DNA of 64,000 nucleotides from a virus. Both the position numbers and the translations under genes were made by a program. The stretch is from the IMG/VR virus record IMGVR_UViG_3300042453_005424, positions 1 through 64,000 of that record; one strand, written 5' to 3'. The notes beneath the pieces are model-generated. The model saw nothing but the letters and a program-made list of their open reading frames with translations, did no database searches and was not told the DNA's origin. Below, piece by piece: positions 30,199-40,203 of this stretch. Each line of letters starts with the position of its first letter. Positions within the stretch are counted from its first letter, which is position 1.

Positions 30199-31122
30199 TT
30201 ATTTAGTAGGTTGACCACCGACAATTTCTGTCTTGAGCTTTTCTAAAACCATGTCAGCAACAACAGAAGCTAATTTTGCCTGAGCTTCAACTTGAGCTTG
30301 CTCCTGCTTAGCTTCGGCCTGCTTAGTCTGCTCTTTTTGATAAAAACTCTCTAATTCAGCAACTTTTGCTTTAAGGGTTTTATTTTCTTCAATTGCTTGC
30401 TCGAGAGCAGCTTCTTTTAAAATAGAATCAAAGTATTCAGCTCCTGCTTCTTCTGCTTTCTTTTCGGTTAAGCTATCCTCGGATTGAAGATTCTCGGCTG
30501 CTTGGGCGATCATCAGATCAAAATCACGGCGACCGGCCTCTTTTGTAAATTCTGCTTCATTAGGAGCGGAATATTCGCTAGCGCTCTTTAAGAGAGCTGC
30601 GCAAAATTGGCGGCCTAGTTCGTAGGAAGCAACTTTAGCAGCCAGCTCTTCAACTTCAGCCTTTTTAGCCTCAGCTAAAGGAGCGCTATCGTCCGTGCTG
30701 GGCTTTTGCTCTCCTGTGGTTTGGGGTGTGTTATTTTCAGGTTTTACAGCATTTTTATCAACAGTTTCTTTGTCATCACTAATACTTTCCGATTTAACAT
30801 CTCCAGGAGTTCCCTTAACTGTATCCTGTGCTTCGCCCTGCTTGCGAATAATGTCAAGAATTTCAGCTCCCAAGGTCTCTGCTGTTTTAGGCCCGCAACA
30901 AGGTGTAGCAGAGTCGTCAGAAGGTTTCTGATGATAGCCTTGCGCTACATTTTCAGGACCTACGGAATTTTTATTAGTCGTTTCATGCTCATCGCTAATA
31001 CTGTTAGATTTCACATCTTCCCCCGGAACACCAGAAATATTTTTCTGTGCGTCGGCTGCTTGCTTTTTGACCATAGTGTGAAGTTGATTAAGGACTTCTG
31101 CGTGTTTTGTTAATTTTGCCAT
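30199..31122 (-). CDS. Capsid scaffold/core protein
   Basis: 307 aa, acidic and helical, with about 12 K-x-A sites, an internal ~55-aa duplication and a CAGGAGA SD. Confidence 0.7.
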   Translation of the reverse strand: MAKLTKHAEVLNQLHTMVKKQAADAQKNISGVPGEDVKSNSISDEHETTNKNSVGPENVAQGYHQKPSDDSATPCCGPKTAETLGAEILDIIRKQGEAQDTVKGTPGDVKSESISDDKETVDKNAVKPENNTPQTTGEQKPSTDDSAPLAEAKKAEVEELAAKVASYELGRQFCAALLKSASEYSAPNEAEFTKEAGRRDFDLMIAQAAENLQSEDSLTEKKAEEAGAEYFDSILKEAALEQAIEENKTLKAKVAELESFYQKEQTKQAEAKQEQAQVEAQAKLASVVADMVLEKLKTEIVGGQPTK

Positions 31123-31149
31123 GATTTTTGTTCTCCTGATTGTTTATAG

Positions 31150-31178
31150 ATTTTATTTTAATTTAATGAAATTGTAAA
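31150..31178 (-). promoter_or_regulatory. Sigma70-type promoter
   Basis: TTTACA-17 nt-TAAAAT. Confidence 0.5.
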
Positions 31179-31181
31179 TAT

Positions 31182-32195
31182 TTATTTCTCTTCTTGTTTC
31201 TCTTTGTTATCTTCGGTTTTTCCTTTAGCTAAGTTATAAGCAACTGTTCCACCTGCAGCAGCTCCGCCTGCCGCAGCGGCACCTAACCCAATAGCTTTCT
31301 TATTACGTCTAAGAAAAGCAGCTGTATCTTTACCTTTGGTGAAAGATTCTCCGCCGCGCACCTTATCTGCTTTGTTTCCTTTTACAAACCCTTCAGCAAA
31401 ATCTTTTGCTTTATTGTACTTAGAACTAACTGTCTTACCGGCAGAGCTCGTTGCGGCTCCAAAACGCCCGGCTAATGTAGGCGCCGGAAGAGATAATGCT
31501 GAAGATTTTACAAACTCAAGAATTTCAGCATCTGAAAACCCATATTCACGAGCGCGCTCTAAAACACCTTCGTAATAAGCAGCTGTTTTTTCATCAATTT
31601 CAGAAGTCGCGTCTTTGTCTCCGCGCAATTTCTTTAAATCGCTCGAATCAATTTTACCGTTATTGTTTAAATCTAATTTGTGCTGGTCTCCTTTTAATTC
31701 AGCTGCTTGTTTTACAAAATTAACAGTTTCGTTCAACGCCTGCTCATACAAATCAACCGCTTGTTTAAAAGAGGCTCCGTGCTCCACAGCTCTCTCTAAA
31801 AATCCTTCTATATACCCAGCAGATTTAACAAAATCCAACTCGGCGCTTTTAACAGCTTCTTCTTGAGGTTGTGTTCCGAGATGCGTAGCGATTGCTTGAG
31901 CTAATTCTCCAATCTCACCATCTTCCGAAGCTGATTGGCCTCCTTGGATATCTCCAGCCAACTCAGAGGCTAACTGCTCTAATTCTTCCGGAGATAAAGA
32001 CGCAAGAAGCTGCTCCACTTCATCACCTCCCTGCGCTCCTCCTTCAACTCCAATATTTTCTTCTAACGCCTCTTGGGGCAGCTCTGGAGATGCTGCTGCT
32101 GGGGAAGGGGCAACCGGTGGAATATTCAGTTCTTCCGCAGCAAGCTTGTTTTTTAAAAATTCTGCGGCTAATTCAGTGGCTGATTTATTTGTCAT
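31182..32195 (-). CDS. Prohead core/cargo protein with EF-hand-like loop and C-terminal glycine-zipper segment
   Basis: Two YxEG[FV]LERAxExG helices, GDQHKLDLNNNGKIDSSDLKKLR, AIGLGAAAAGGAAAGGTVAY and many K-x-A sites. Confidence 0.65.
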   Translation of the reverse strand: MTNKSATELAAEFLKNKLAAEELNIPPVAPSPAAASPELPQEALEENIGVEGGAQGGDEVEQLLASLSPEELEQLASELAGDIQGGQSASEDGEIGELAQAIATHLGTQPQEEAVKSAELDFVKSAGYIEGFLERAVEHGASFKQAVDLYEQALNETVNFVKQAAELKGDQHKLDLNNNGKIDSSDLKKLRGDKDATSEIDEKTAAYYEGVLERAREYGFSDAEILEFVKSSALSLPAPTLAGRFGAATSSAGKTVSSKYNKAKDFAEGFVKGNKADKVRGGESFTKGKDTAAFLRRNKKAIGLGAAAAGGAAAGGTVAYNLAKGKTEDNKEKQEEK

Positions 32196-32220
32196 ATGTT
32201 TGTATGTTGAGTATTAAGTT

Positions 32221-32249
32221 ATATTAACTGAAAATTTGTATAACTCCAA
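32221..32249 (-). promoter_or_regulatory. Sigma70-type promoter
   Basis: TTGGAG-17 nt-TAATAT. Confidence 0.45.
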
Positions 32250-32256
32250 GAATTTT

Positions 32257-33693
32257 TTAAAAATTCTGAATTATAGCGTTCAAAAGCAAGTCATCATCTA
32301 ATTTATTTTGGTCCTCAAGGTATCTCAAAGCTGCCAATTTATAAGCTGTATATTGGTCAGCTAATTCACGAACTGCGGCTTCTTTCGATATCTCCGAGTT
32401 TTCTTTTTTACCTGTTAATTTATTCTGAGGTTTGCCTACAATCGTAATTCGCAAAATTCTTTGGTGTGCAGGAGCTCCAAAAAGAGAATGCCCGTCAAAC
32501 AAACCATTCACCAATTTTTTAATCTCTTTTGGCATTATATCTGAAAAAGAGGGCTCATATTTTTCATTGTGTAAAATATCCTCATTCAAATCAGAAAAAG
32601 CAAAAGGAAGCCTAGTTTTTACTTTGCTGAATAAATCTTCGGTGTTTTTAATCTTTTTGGTTCCGAATAAATATTTTATAAAGTCTTCGAGAGAAAAAAT
32701 GACACCTTTGTCTGCTAGCGCTCTTAGTAATTTAGAAGGTTCGAATTTACGCAGCTCTTCAAGAGTATCCTCAGAAATATTGTCGCTACTTTTAATTTTA
32801 GCTGCTTCATCTCGAATAAATTTATCTCGGCTGTTTTTAACCCCGCCTTTTATAACTGTCTCAACACGCTTTTCTATCTCTGCCAGCTTGGCTACCAAAT
32901 TTCTTTTCTCACTGGCATATTTTGACACATAAAGAGTATTGTCTTCCTCAGGAACAACAAACCCTGGGTATAGATTAAAATAGTCCGCAGCTTTTTTAAT
33001 ATAAGTTCCGTCAGAAGCAACTTTTTTAAGAGACATACCTATCCTATCAGCAGGTCTGCCGACTATAGACAATTCGAACCATCTAGGATTTATATTATCC
33101 ATACTGCACATTTCGCCGCGTTTGTTGATTTCGCCTAATTTAGATGGAATATGCTCGCAACGAGATCTGTCGTCTTTAGCTTCGTGGTCGCACCAAGTAC
33201 ATTTGTCATAAGCCACTTTAGCCGCCATCGAAACATTGATTTGTTTACCTTCTGACAACTTTTGAATTTCTTCAGCACATTTATCATTATCCATTCCGAT
33301 AATTAATTCAATACGGCGCATATTTTTATTATATGCGGCAGCTTTAATATTTCCGTATTTCGGGTCTTCAGGTTTATTTTTATGGTGCCTGTTTAAAGCA
33401 CGCCCGTCGTACTTACCTTCTTTATTTTTTTTGCCTGAATATAAGAATGTTTTATAATTGTTTACACATTCGGCTTCTTTAAAAATATCGCCGTTTCTAT
33501 TAGCGCCAGTTCCTTCGTACGCACCAAGCGCAATAACTAATACATCAGTTTGTCCGGCTGTTTTCTCAGCACAAAGCTCATTGTGCGCAGCTCCTGTCTT
33601 AGCCAATGTATTTTTATTAGCCAGTATTTGTACAGGTTCTACATCCCAATTCCAATCTTCAGTAGAACTAAATTTAATTAACCCCGAGTACAT
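32257..33693 (-). CDS. Prohead maturation protease (HK97/assemblin-like fold) with a Zn-binding insert
   Basis: GANRNGDIF, RHHKN (candidate catalytic His), NVSMAAKV (candidate catalytic Ser), CTWC...CEH and FELSIVGRPAD; upstream of the scaffold and MCP genes. Confidence 0.8.
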   Translation of the reverse strand: MYSGLIKFSSTEDWNWDVEPVQILANKNTLAKTGAAHNELCAEKTAGQTDVLVIALGAYEGTGANRNGDIFKEAECVNNYKTFLYSGKKNKEGKYDGRALNRHHKNKPEDPKYGNIKAAAYNKNMRRIELIIGMDNDKCAEEIQKLSEGKQINVSMAAKVAYDKCTWCDHEAKDDRSRCEHIPSKLGEINKRGEMCSMDNINPRWFELSIVGRPADRIGMSLKKVASDGTYIKKAADYFNLYPGFVVPEEDNTLYVSKYASEKRNLVAKLAEIEKRVETVIKGGVKNSRDKFIRDEAAKIKSSDNISEDTLEELRKFEPSKLLRALADKGVIFSLEDFIKYLFGTKKIKNTEDLFSKVKTRLPFAFSDLNEDILHNEKYEPSFSDIMPKEIKKLVNGLFDGHSLFGAPAHQRILRITIVGKPQNKLTGKKENSEISKEAAVRELADQYTAYKLAALRYLEDQNKLDDDLLLNAIIQNF

Positions 33694-33696
33694 ATT

Positions 33697-35343
33697 TTAA
33701 TTAATTCTTTCAGCGGCATCGAAATCCCCTCTTGATTTGAGGAGTGTTTTTTTCCATTCTTTAATTTGCTCGTCTTCAAAAGCTTTATTTTGAATAGCTC
33801 GCACCAAGGCATATAATCCAGAGCCGCCTAAGGCTATCCCTGCTCCGGCCGCCAAAGGGAGACCAGCCCTTCTCAATGTTCTTCTCAGCCCTGAAGATTG
33901 AAAGTTCGGATTCTTTATATCTCTTAAAGTTGTGTTAGCAAACATATGCTCCGCAGGATTTGCCGAAGAAAAATCTTTTCCGCCATTGATTTCTTTTATA
34001 ATGTCTGATACCAGCCCTTCATTAAAATATTTGTCTGCTCCGGTGATATTTCCTTTTTCTAAAAGATCGCCAATTGCTTGATTTTTCCCAGGAACGAGAC
34101 TATTGACTATTCCACGCAACTTGTTCGCTACAGGGCTAATATATTTCTTCTGTAAAAATTTCTGTACAGCCGGATTGTTTTTCAGCTCGTGCAAATCTTC
34201 ACCAATATAAGATTTAAAAGGTTTTCCAGAATCTCTTTTCCTCTTATAACTTTCCATGAAATTTGCATAATCTTTGAGCTTTGCCTGTGCAGGAGATTGT
34301 CTGGCTTGGCTAATCAAGTTTTTTTGTGCCTGTTCTATTTCAGATATTCTAGAAGCATATTGCTCTTGTAATGTTTTTTTAGGCTTTTGGTCTCCGGTAG
34401 CCATGAGTTGCTCAAGCTTTCGATTGAAGTCTTCGCTAATAATACTTTTTTGCATCTCTAATGCGCGGTATTGCGGAGCATAACCATGAGGCTCTAAAGT
34501 ACGCATCAGATCATTGACTTTAGTTTTATAATCGGTCATCGCCGTTCCATAACCTATATCAAGATCTTTTAATTTACTTCTGTAGTAACTATCCAAATTT
34601 TCAAGAGCCCCGCCCTGCATATCTGTAGGATCTATATTCAAATCTTTTATTATTTGCTCAATAGGTTCGCCTTTTTTAGCCCTGCTCAAAGCATTAAGTT
34701 GCTCTTTCTGCGTTGCCGAATATTGCTTTCTAAAATTATCGATAGCTTCAGAACGCTGCGCTTCGAGCATATTGAATTCTCCAGGATATTTCCGCATATC
34801 CGCTACTGGGCGGCGCTCAAGGTCATCTAATCTACGAAAACGCAATTCTGGAGAAACTTTTAAATCGTCACTCAGCTCGCCAAAAGTTCTAGCTATATCT
34901 TCGCGTAAAGGACCTCTTGAAGAATCTAGTAAGTTTGTGGGATTGCTTGGATCTAAAGGGTTATTAGCGCGAGCCATTTGCGCTTTTTCTGTAGCCATCA
35001 TGTTCTGCATCTGGCGTAAATAATTAGTCGCTGCTCCGCCGGCTGCTACCCCAAGACCTATGGTGGGTGACTGCTTTAAAATATCGCTAAGTACAGATTG
35101 CGTTGGGTGCTCATCATAAAAAGTTTTTCCTTTATTGCTCTTAGTACCTGTCAAGTACTCGAGACCTACCACACCTTTTCTAACATGCTCTCGTAAAGCT
35201 TTAATTCGCTCTGCGTCATAACCTTTTAATTTACCGACATTAGAAGAAACTATTGGAGCTATCGCATGGTATAGGTCAGTGTCAAGCCCTGCGGCAGGAT
35301 TCGCTAAGTCTTCTTGAAAAGCTGTTTGTGATGGTGTTGGCAT
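33697..35343 (-). CDS. Putative head-packaged protein with two glycine-zipper hydrophobic segments
   Basis: IGLGVAAGGAA and GLPLAAGAGIALGGSGLYALV flank a long helical region. Confidence 0.55.
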   Translation of the reverse strand: MPTPSQTAFQEDLANPAAGLDTDLYHAIAPIVSSNVGKLKGYDAERIKALREHVRKGVVGLEYLTGTKSNKGKTFYDEHPTQSVLSDILKQSPTIGLGVAAGGAATNYLRQMQNMMATEKAQMARANNPLDPSNPTNLLDSSRGPLREDIARTFGELSDDLKVSPELRFRRLDDLERRPVADMRKYPGEFNMLEAQRSEAIDNFRKQYSATQKEQLNALSRAKKGEPIEQIIKDLNIDPTDMQGGALENLDSYYRSKLKDLDIGYGTAMTDYKTKVNDLMRTLEPHGYAPQYRALEMQKSIISEDFNRKLEQLMATGDQKPKKTLQEQYASRISEIEQAQKNLISQARQSPAQAKLKDYANFMESYKRKRDSGKPFKSYIGEDLHELKNNPAVQKFLQKKYISPVANKLRGIVNSLVPGKNQAIGDLLEKGNITGADKYFNEGLVSDIIKEINGGKDFSSANPAEHMFANTTLRDIKNPNFQSSGLRRTLRRAGLPLAAGAGIALGGSGLYALVRAIQNKAFEDEQIKEWKKTLLKSRGDFDAAERIN

Positions 35344-35344
35344 A

Positions 35345-36280
35345 TTATGAATGTAATAAATATTGGTCAGCTGTGTTCATATCAGAAACATCTGAAATAT
35401 TGTTTGTATTTTGTAGCTTTTTCAGCGCCTGTACAGCTTCATATTTATTTTTTGCTGCGGGCATAGAAGATAATATGCCGGATAGTAATGCTGAAGTTCC
35501 TCCTAAAACTGCAGGAAGTGCAGAACGTGTTTTGTAAGATAAATTTAAAAATGGAGCTTTCCGTAGTAAATGCCCTCCAGCTAAACCTGCCGCCCCTCCT
35601 ATCCCAGCACCTAAAAGCCCTCCCTTTAGTCCGGCAATTCCTCCTGATATTACGGGGATGTCGTCGACCGCAGCATCTCGAGCTTTCAACAAATTCTCAT
35701 TATATGCTCTTCGCTGTTCCCCAGTAAAATCATCGTAAACCGGAGAAACCCCGCGGCTAGCTAACTCTTTTTTAATATTAGCAAAATCAGCGGATGTCAT
35801 ATCGCCGGGATTCTGAAAAGCTTGTTTTTTGAATGAAGAAATTTTACTTACTCCGGCTGTGCTATCTTCAAAATAGGGCTGCATCTCCATCTTATTAGGT
35901 TTATACCCGAATGCGCGACCACCGGCGTCAAGTATAGGATTTCCTAAAACTGAAGCAAAGCCCATAACAGGCATATCTACAGCAGCTGCCGAGGCTATGG
36001 GACGATTTAAAAAATTAGGTAGCCCGCGACCAATTCTCCCCATAACCCCAGATCTCTCCGCTAACCTCGGAGCCGATTTCAGTAGTTGTTTTCTAGCTAT
36101 CGAGGAGGCTACTAGAGGAAGCATAAACTTCCCTGCCTCTGCAATTAATGGGGCTACAAAAGCGAATTTATTTAACTCCTCATAGTTACTTTTATTACGT
36201 GAGTTTAATAAAATAGAATAAATTGATTGCGAGGCTGTTTTTTTATTAATAGCTTTGGATAATTTTTCACATAATTCCAT
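35345..36280 (-). CDS. Putative head-packaged glycine-zipper membrane protein
   Basis: KKTA, NKFA and KKQA sites; GGIAGLKGGLLGAGIGGAAGLAGG. Confidence 0.6.
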   Translation of the reverse strand: MELCEKLSKAINKKTASQSIYSILLNSRNKSNYEELNKFAFVAPLIAEAGKFMLPLVASSIARKQLLKSAPRLAERSGVMGRIGRGLPNFLNRPIASAAAVDMPVMGFASVLGNPILDAGGRAFGYKPNKMEMQPYFEDSTAGVSKISSFKKQAFQNPGDMTSADFANIKKELASRGVSPVYDDFTGEQRRAYNENLLKARDAAVDDIPVISGGIAGLKGGLLGAGIGGAAGLAGGHLLRKAPFLNLSYKTRSALPAVLGGTSALLSGILSSMPAAKNKYEAVQALKKLQNTNNISDVSDMNTADQYLLHS

Positions 36281-36282
36281 AA

Positions 36283-36657
36283 TTAAACATTTTCTATATA
36301 TTCCCCTGTAAAAGTATCTGCGTTAGCTCTTAATGCCGAGAAAGCTGCGGTATAAGCAGCAACAAAATGGTCTTGATAAGCTTCGGCTTTTGTTTGTGTA
36401 TTTGTCGAAAAAACACCTGCTTTAGAATCAAACTCTTGAGTAAAAGGCAAATCAGATCTTATTTTAATAAATTTATCAGGCAAAGTATATTCGTCAGGAG
36501 TACCACTTAAAACTACCCCGCCCGAATTAATAGCGGGTTCTCCGAATTTACGCATTAACTCTTTATCGGATTCAGCTAATTTTTCTATATCCAGATAAAA
36601 AGTTATACTCCAAACATCATTATTTATAGTTCTTTTAATTTTTAATTGAGCCGGCAT
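36283..36657 (-). CDS. Hypothetical (probably virion) protein
   Basis: 124-aa ORF within the head operon. Confidence 0.55.
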   Translation of the reverse strand: MPAQLKIKRTINNDVWSITFYLDIEKLAESDKELMRKFGEPAINSGGVVLSGTPDEYTLPDKFIKIRSDLPFTQEFDSKAGVFSTNTQTKAEAYQDHFVAAYTAAFSALRANADTFTGEYIENV

Positions 36658-36672
36658 AATAATTATATTCTA

Positions 36673-38118
36673 TTAAATTCTAAATTGCTCAGTCAAGCCA
36701 CTGTTAAAAGCTTGAGTGGCAATTCTGCGTTTAAGCATGTCCACATCAAGTTTAGTCATTAAATCTGCGTCATGCGCACTTAAGGCTTGTGAAGCGACCA
36801 TCGCTCTTAATTGTGCGCGTACCACTTCTTTCTCTTTAGATGTTTCTGGAGAAAGTCTTAATAACTGCTCGTAAGCTTTGGCTACTCGAACAGGGTTAAC
36901 TCTAGATAATATGGGGTCAGTGAGCATTAATTCTTGCAATAAAAGCTTTCGCTCCATATTTTCTAACGTAAGATTAGGCTTAGTAGGTCTGCTTTGCGCG
37001 GCTCCTCCGAGTCGAGATCTTAAGTTATCTACAAAAGTACCTTTTAAAAAGTCGCCTAAGGGGTCTCTGTTAAACCCCGCAGCTGTCTTTTCCGCTGCTG
37101 CCTCGATGACAGGATCTTTAGCGTATTCTTTAGCTATTGTAAACTCAGGGTCTGATACTTTTTTTTTAACTGCGTCAAGAACAGGATCTTCAGCGGCGTC
37201 TTTCTGAAGATCACCTGCAAAAGCTTTAGTCTCAGATGCATTCTCGGTAGAATTTTTTATGTCCGCCGTTTTTTTAAATTCTTTATACGCTTCTTTTGCA
37301 AAAGCTGATTCATACTTATAGTTCTCGAGCGCGTCCGCGGCTTCCTTTTCCAATGCTACAAGTTCATGAGCTGATTCTATCAAGCGGTCAAAAAGTACGG
37401 CTTCTTTAGTCGGCTCAAACATAATATAACCCTTGTCGTGAACTCCTCGCTCCTCTTCTCGAGCAGCTGTCTTATGGATTAAGTCCAAATAAGGCACAGC
37501 CAGTTCTCCGTATTTAGAAAAAACTTGCGACTCAAATTCTTCAAAAGACGTTCTTGCGGCTGCATCTTTTCTAAACTCATGAGTCAACGCACAAAAAACA
37601 TCATTCAAGTGTAACTCAGCGGCCACCTTATGTATCTCTGTCTCCTCTACCTGACGAGCTAATTTTTCTATATACTGCGCTGACTTCTCGTAAAGAGTTT
37701 CGACTCTGGTTGGAAAGCTGTCATGCTGCTCGTCAGAATTCGCTATCTCCAAATATGCTTGTTTATACTGAGGGTTGTTAAGAATTCGGTTGTAGTTAAA
37801 AACTACGTCGTCAGAATCCGGAGTTATAAAGTTATCTGCTAATGTTTTAGCCGCGCTTTTTTCACTCACGCTCAATGCATCGGTAATAACTTTTGGAATA
37901 TCCGCTATAGCGAATTCTTCTGCCCGATCTTCCGCTGTTTTAAAATGCCGATAATGTAATGCCACGTTCAAAGCTTCGCCTGTACGTTGGATGTAATTCG
38001 GGTTTAGATCCATTTCTTCAGCCACTTTTTTAAGAGCTTCTGTAGGAGAATTCCCTTGGTTTACATATTGCACAGCTTCGTTCAATGCAGTTTTAATTAA
38101 AATATTAGGCTCTTCCAT
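36673..38118 (-). CDS. Putative head-internal helical protein with many K-x-A sites
   Basis: 481 aa; IKTA, EKSA, HKVA, HKTA, EKEA, KKTA, EKTA. Confidence 0.6.
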   Translation of the reverse strand: MEEPNILIKTALNEAVQYVNQGNSPTEALKKVAEEMDLNPNYIQRTGEALNVALHYRHFKTAEDRAEEFAIADIPKVITDALSVSEKSAAKTLADNFITPDSDDVVFNYNRILNNPQYKQAYLEIANSDEQHDSFPTRVETLYEKSAQYIEKLARQVEETEIHKVAAELHLNDVFCALTHEFRKDAAARTSFEEFESQVFSKYGELAVPYLDLIHKTAAREEERGVHDKGYIMFEPTKEAVLFDRLIESAHELVALEKEAADALENYKYESAFAKEAYKEFKKTADIKNSTENASETKAFAGDLQKDAAEDPVLDAVKKKVSDPEFTIAKEYAKDPVIEAAAEKTAAGFNRDPLGDFLKGTFVDNLRSRLGGAAQSRPTKPNLTLENMERKLLLQELMLTDPILSRVNPVRVAKAYEQLLRLSPETSKEKEVVRAQLRAMVASQALSAHDADLMTKLDVDMLKRRIATQAFNSGLTEQFRI

Positions 38119-38126
38119 AATTTATA

Positions 38127-38154
38127 ATTGTAACAGGTTTAAAAACTATTTCAA
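38127..38154 (-). promoter_or_regulatory. Sigma70-type promoter with extended -10
   Basis: TTGAAA-16 nt-TACAAT, preceded by TGn. Confidence 0.5.
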
Positions 38155-39237
38155 TTCAGTAATTGATTTATATTCCGGTAAGGTATTTTCTTTTAAAGCC
38201 AGCTGAGAAATTAATTTCAACGCTATTTCATCCTCTTCCTGCATATTTGTGTCAAAATCAACTTTGTCGTTAAGTATTCTAGTTGTACTTGCATCTAAAT
38301 TTCTAACTTTAGCTTGGAAATATTTGATTTCCTCTTTTTTAATTAAAAACGACGCCAAGTTATTTATAACACTATTATAGTTTAAAGCATCTTTCTTATC
38401 TTCGATAGAAAAATATAAAGATGTAACGTTATCTATCATCGAATCACCTAAATAAGCATTAAGTCGTTCTCTTTCTTCGTAAGTTAAGCTGTGTGGGTCT
38501 GCATCTGCTTTTAACCCTAATTCTCCTAACGAACCTATGATTTTATAATATCTTCTATCAATATCGCTTATAATTTGATTATCTGCTAATTGTGTAAAAT
38601 ACGCTGCGCGAGCTACAACCTCGGTGGGAGCATTTGAAAAGTCAAAAAACAGTTCTCTGAGTGCGCGAACCTGTTTAGGATATAATCTATGCCTTTTAGC
38701 TATTTCACTATCCGAAAGACCTGCAAAAATACAATAACCTATTACGCAACATGTCCTCCGATGATCTTTAGAACTATGAAACTTGACCGCAAAGTCATAT
38801 TCTGAATAATATTTAATTTTAGCTGTGTGATATAAAAAATTGCGTAAAGGCTCGTCTAAAATCAAATCTATAAATTTACAATTCCAAAGCTTGATGTCGT
38901 CTGATTTATACGTAGGAACAAAAAGTTTTTTATCCCCCTGTTTTTTAAGTTTTTTATTGAACAGTTTAAAAAACATACTCTTCTGATCCATGGTTAATTT
39001 CGAAATGGCCTTAGATATGAATGGTGTGAAAGAATAAGCTAACGCCGCGTTATTCAACAAATCTTGGTTACTTGTAAGATACCTGCGCAACCGATTAGCT
39101 CCATCTCTAGGCTTATCCCTACAATAAGCCAAATTAGCTCTGTGGGGCTCTAAATAAATTAGATACCGCCAATTAGGAAAATTAAAAAATGAGCCTATTT
39201 GATTAAGCGTAATAGGCATTAATGTTTTAAGCTTCAT
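38146..39237 (-). CDS. Hypothetical protein with a possible HTH
   Basis: 363 aa, basic and aromatic; AGLSDSEIAKRHRLYPKQVRAL is HTH-like. Confidence 0.5.
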   Translation of the reverse strand: MKLKTLMPITLNQIGSFFNFPNWRYLIYLEPHRANLAYCRDKPRDGANRLRRYLTSNQDLLNNAALAYSFTPFISKAISKLTMDQKSMFFKLFNKKLKKQGDKKLFVPTYKSDDIKLWNCKFIDLILDEPLRNFLYHTAKIKYYSEYDFAVKFHSSKDHRRTCCVIGYCIFAGLSDSEIAKRHRLYPKQVRALRELFFDFSNAPTEVVARAAYFTQLADNQIISDIDRRYYKIIGSLGELGLKADADPHSLTYEERERLNAYLGDSMIDNVTSLYFSIEDKKDALNYNSVINNLASFLIKKEEIKYFQAKVRNLDASTTRILNDKVDFDTNMQEEDEIALKLISQLALKENTLPEYKSITELK

Positions 39238-40183
39238 GCGGTCCGAGGCCCTGCGTTATGCTGCCTAATACTCCTCCTACAGCAGCCATAGGCAGAGCTG
39301 TCCTTTTTATAGCCTTTGGCGTATTTCTCAACATATTTAAAAAATCTTTTTTAATAACATTCACGGGCGCACCTCGCTTACCGCTAAACGCAGACCATAA
39401 GGATCTAGGTGCGTCAACCAGAGGAGCTGCTGCTCCAGTAATTCCTCCCAAAGCGCCGCCTAAACCTACCCCTAAAAGTCCGTTTTTTAAATTACTTAAA
39501 ATAAAATCATTTTTTTCTGTATTATTCCGCCTAGTCACGCTTAATAAATCAGCTACAGGAAAGCTAGAAAGATATGGCTGAGCTTCTATCACGCGGGCGG
39601 CGTCCTCGAGCGCGGCGTCAGGTAGCTTTGTTTTGCCTGCCAAAAAAGGAACAGCCGTACCGCTAGCTGCGCCTAAGATTGCTCCCGTGGCTGTATCATT
39701 GATCACGCCGTGTGTAAACTTTTTACGGTGGGCATGCTCATTATTAAATATACGCTTCGTTGTTTTGACTGGAGAAAAAGGTAATCTTAATTTACCTCCT
39801 GGTCCTCTTAATCCTCTGAACCCCATCAACCGTATTGCTGACGACAATAAAAAACTGGCAGGAATTCCGCCTAGCCCCATAGACAAAGAGTTGCTAAGCA
39901 TCTGTTTTCCAATTTCAGATTTAGCTTCTTTAGTATTTTTTATTTTTTCAATAGCCCTACGGACTTGAGCTTTGCGGGTCTCTGTGTTTCTAGAAATAAC
40001 AGCCAAGGAAGTCGGGACGTCTTCAAAAAGCCCAGCCACAGTCTTTAATCTGCCTGGGAAGTCTCCCATAAAATCAGCAGCATTATACTTATTAGGTTGA
40101 GTAAAATAAATATTTTCGCGCAATAATTTTAAAGCTAAATAACGCTTTAATAAACTATTATCATTTTCAATAGGAGTATCCAT
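39227..40183 (-). CDS. Putative multi-pass glycine-zipper membrane protein
   Basis: Four Gly-rich hydrophobic segments, e.g. GLLGVGLGGALGGITGAAA and GAILGAASGTAV. Confidence 0.6.
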   Translation of the reverse strand: MDTPIENDNSLLKRYLALKLLRENIYFTQPNKYNAADFMGDFPGRLKTVAGLFEDVPTSLAVISRNTETRKAQVRRAIEKIKNTKEAKSEIGKQMLSNSLSMGLGGIPASFLLSSAIRLMGFRGLRGPGGKLRLPFSPVKTTKRIFNNEHAHRKKFTHGVINDTATGAILGAASGTAVPFLAGKTKLPDAALEDAARVIEAQPYLSSFPVADLLSVTRRNNTEKNDFILSNLKNGLLGVGLGGALGGITGAAAPLVDAPRSLWSAFSGKRGAPVNVIKKDFLNMLRNTPKAIKRTALPMAAVGGVLGSITQGLGPHEA

Positions 40184-40203
40184 TTAAGTTACTCATGCGC
40201 GTA

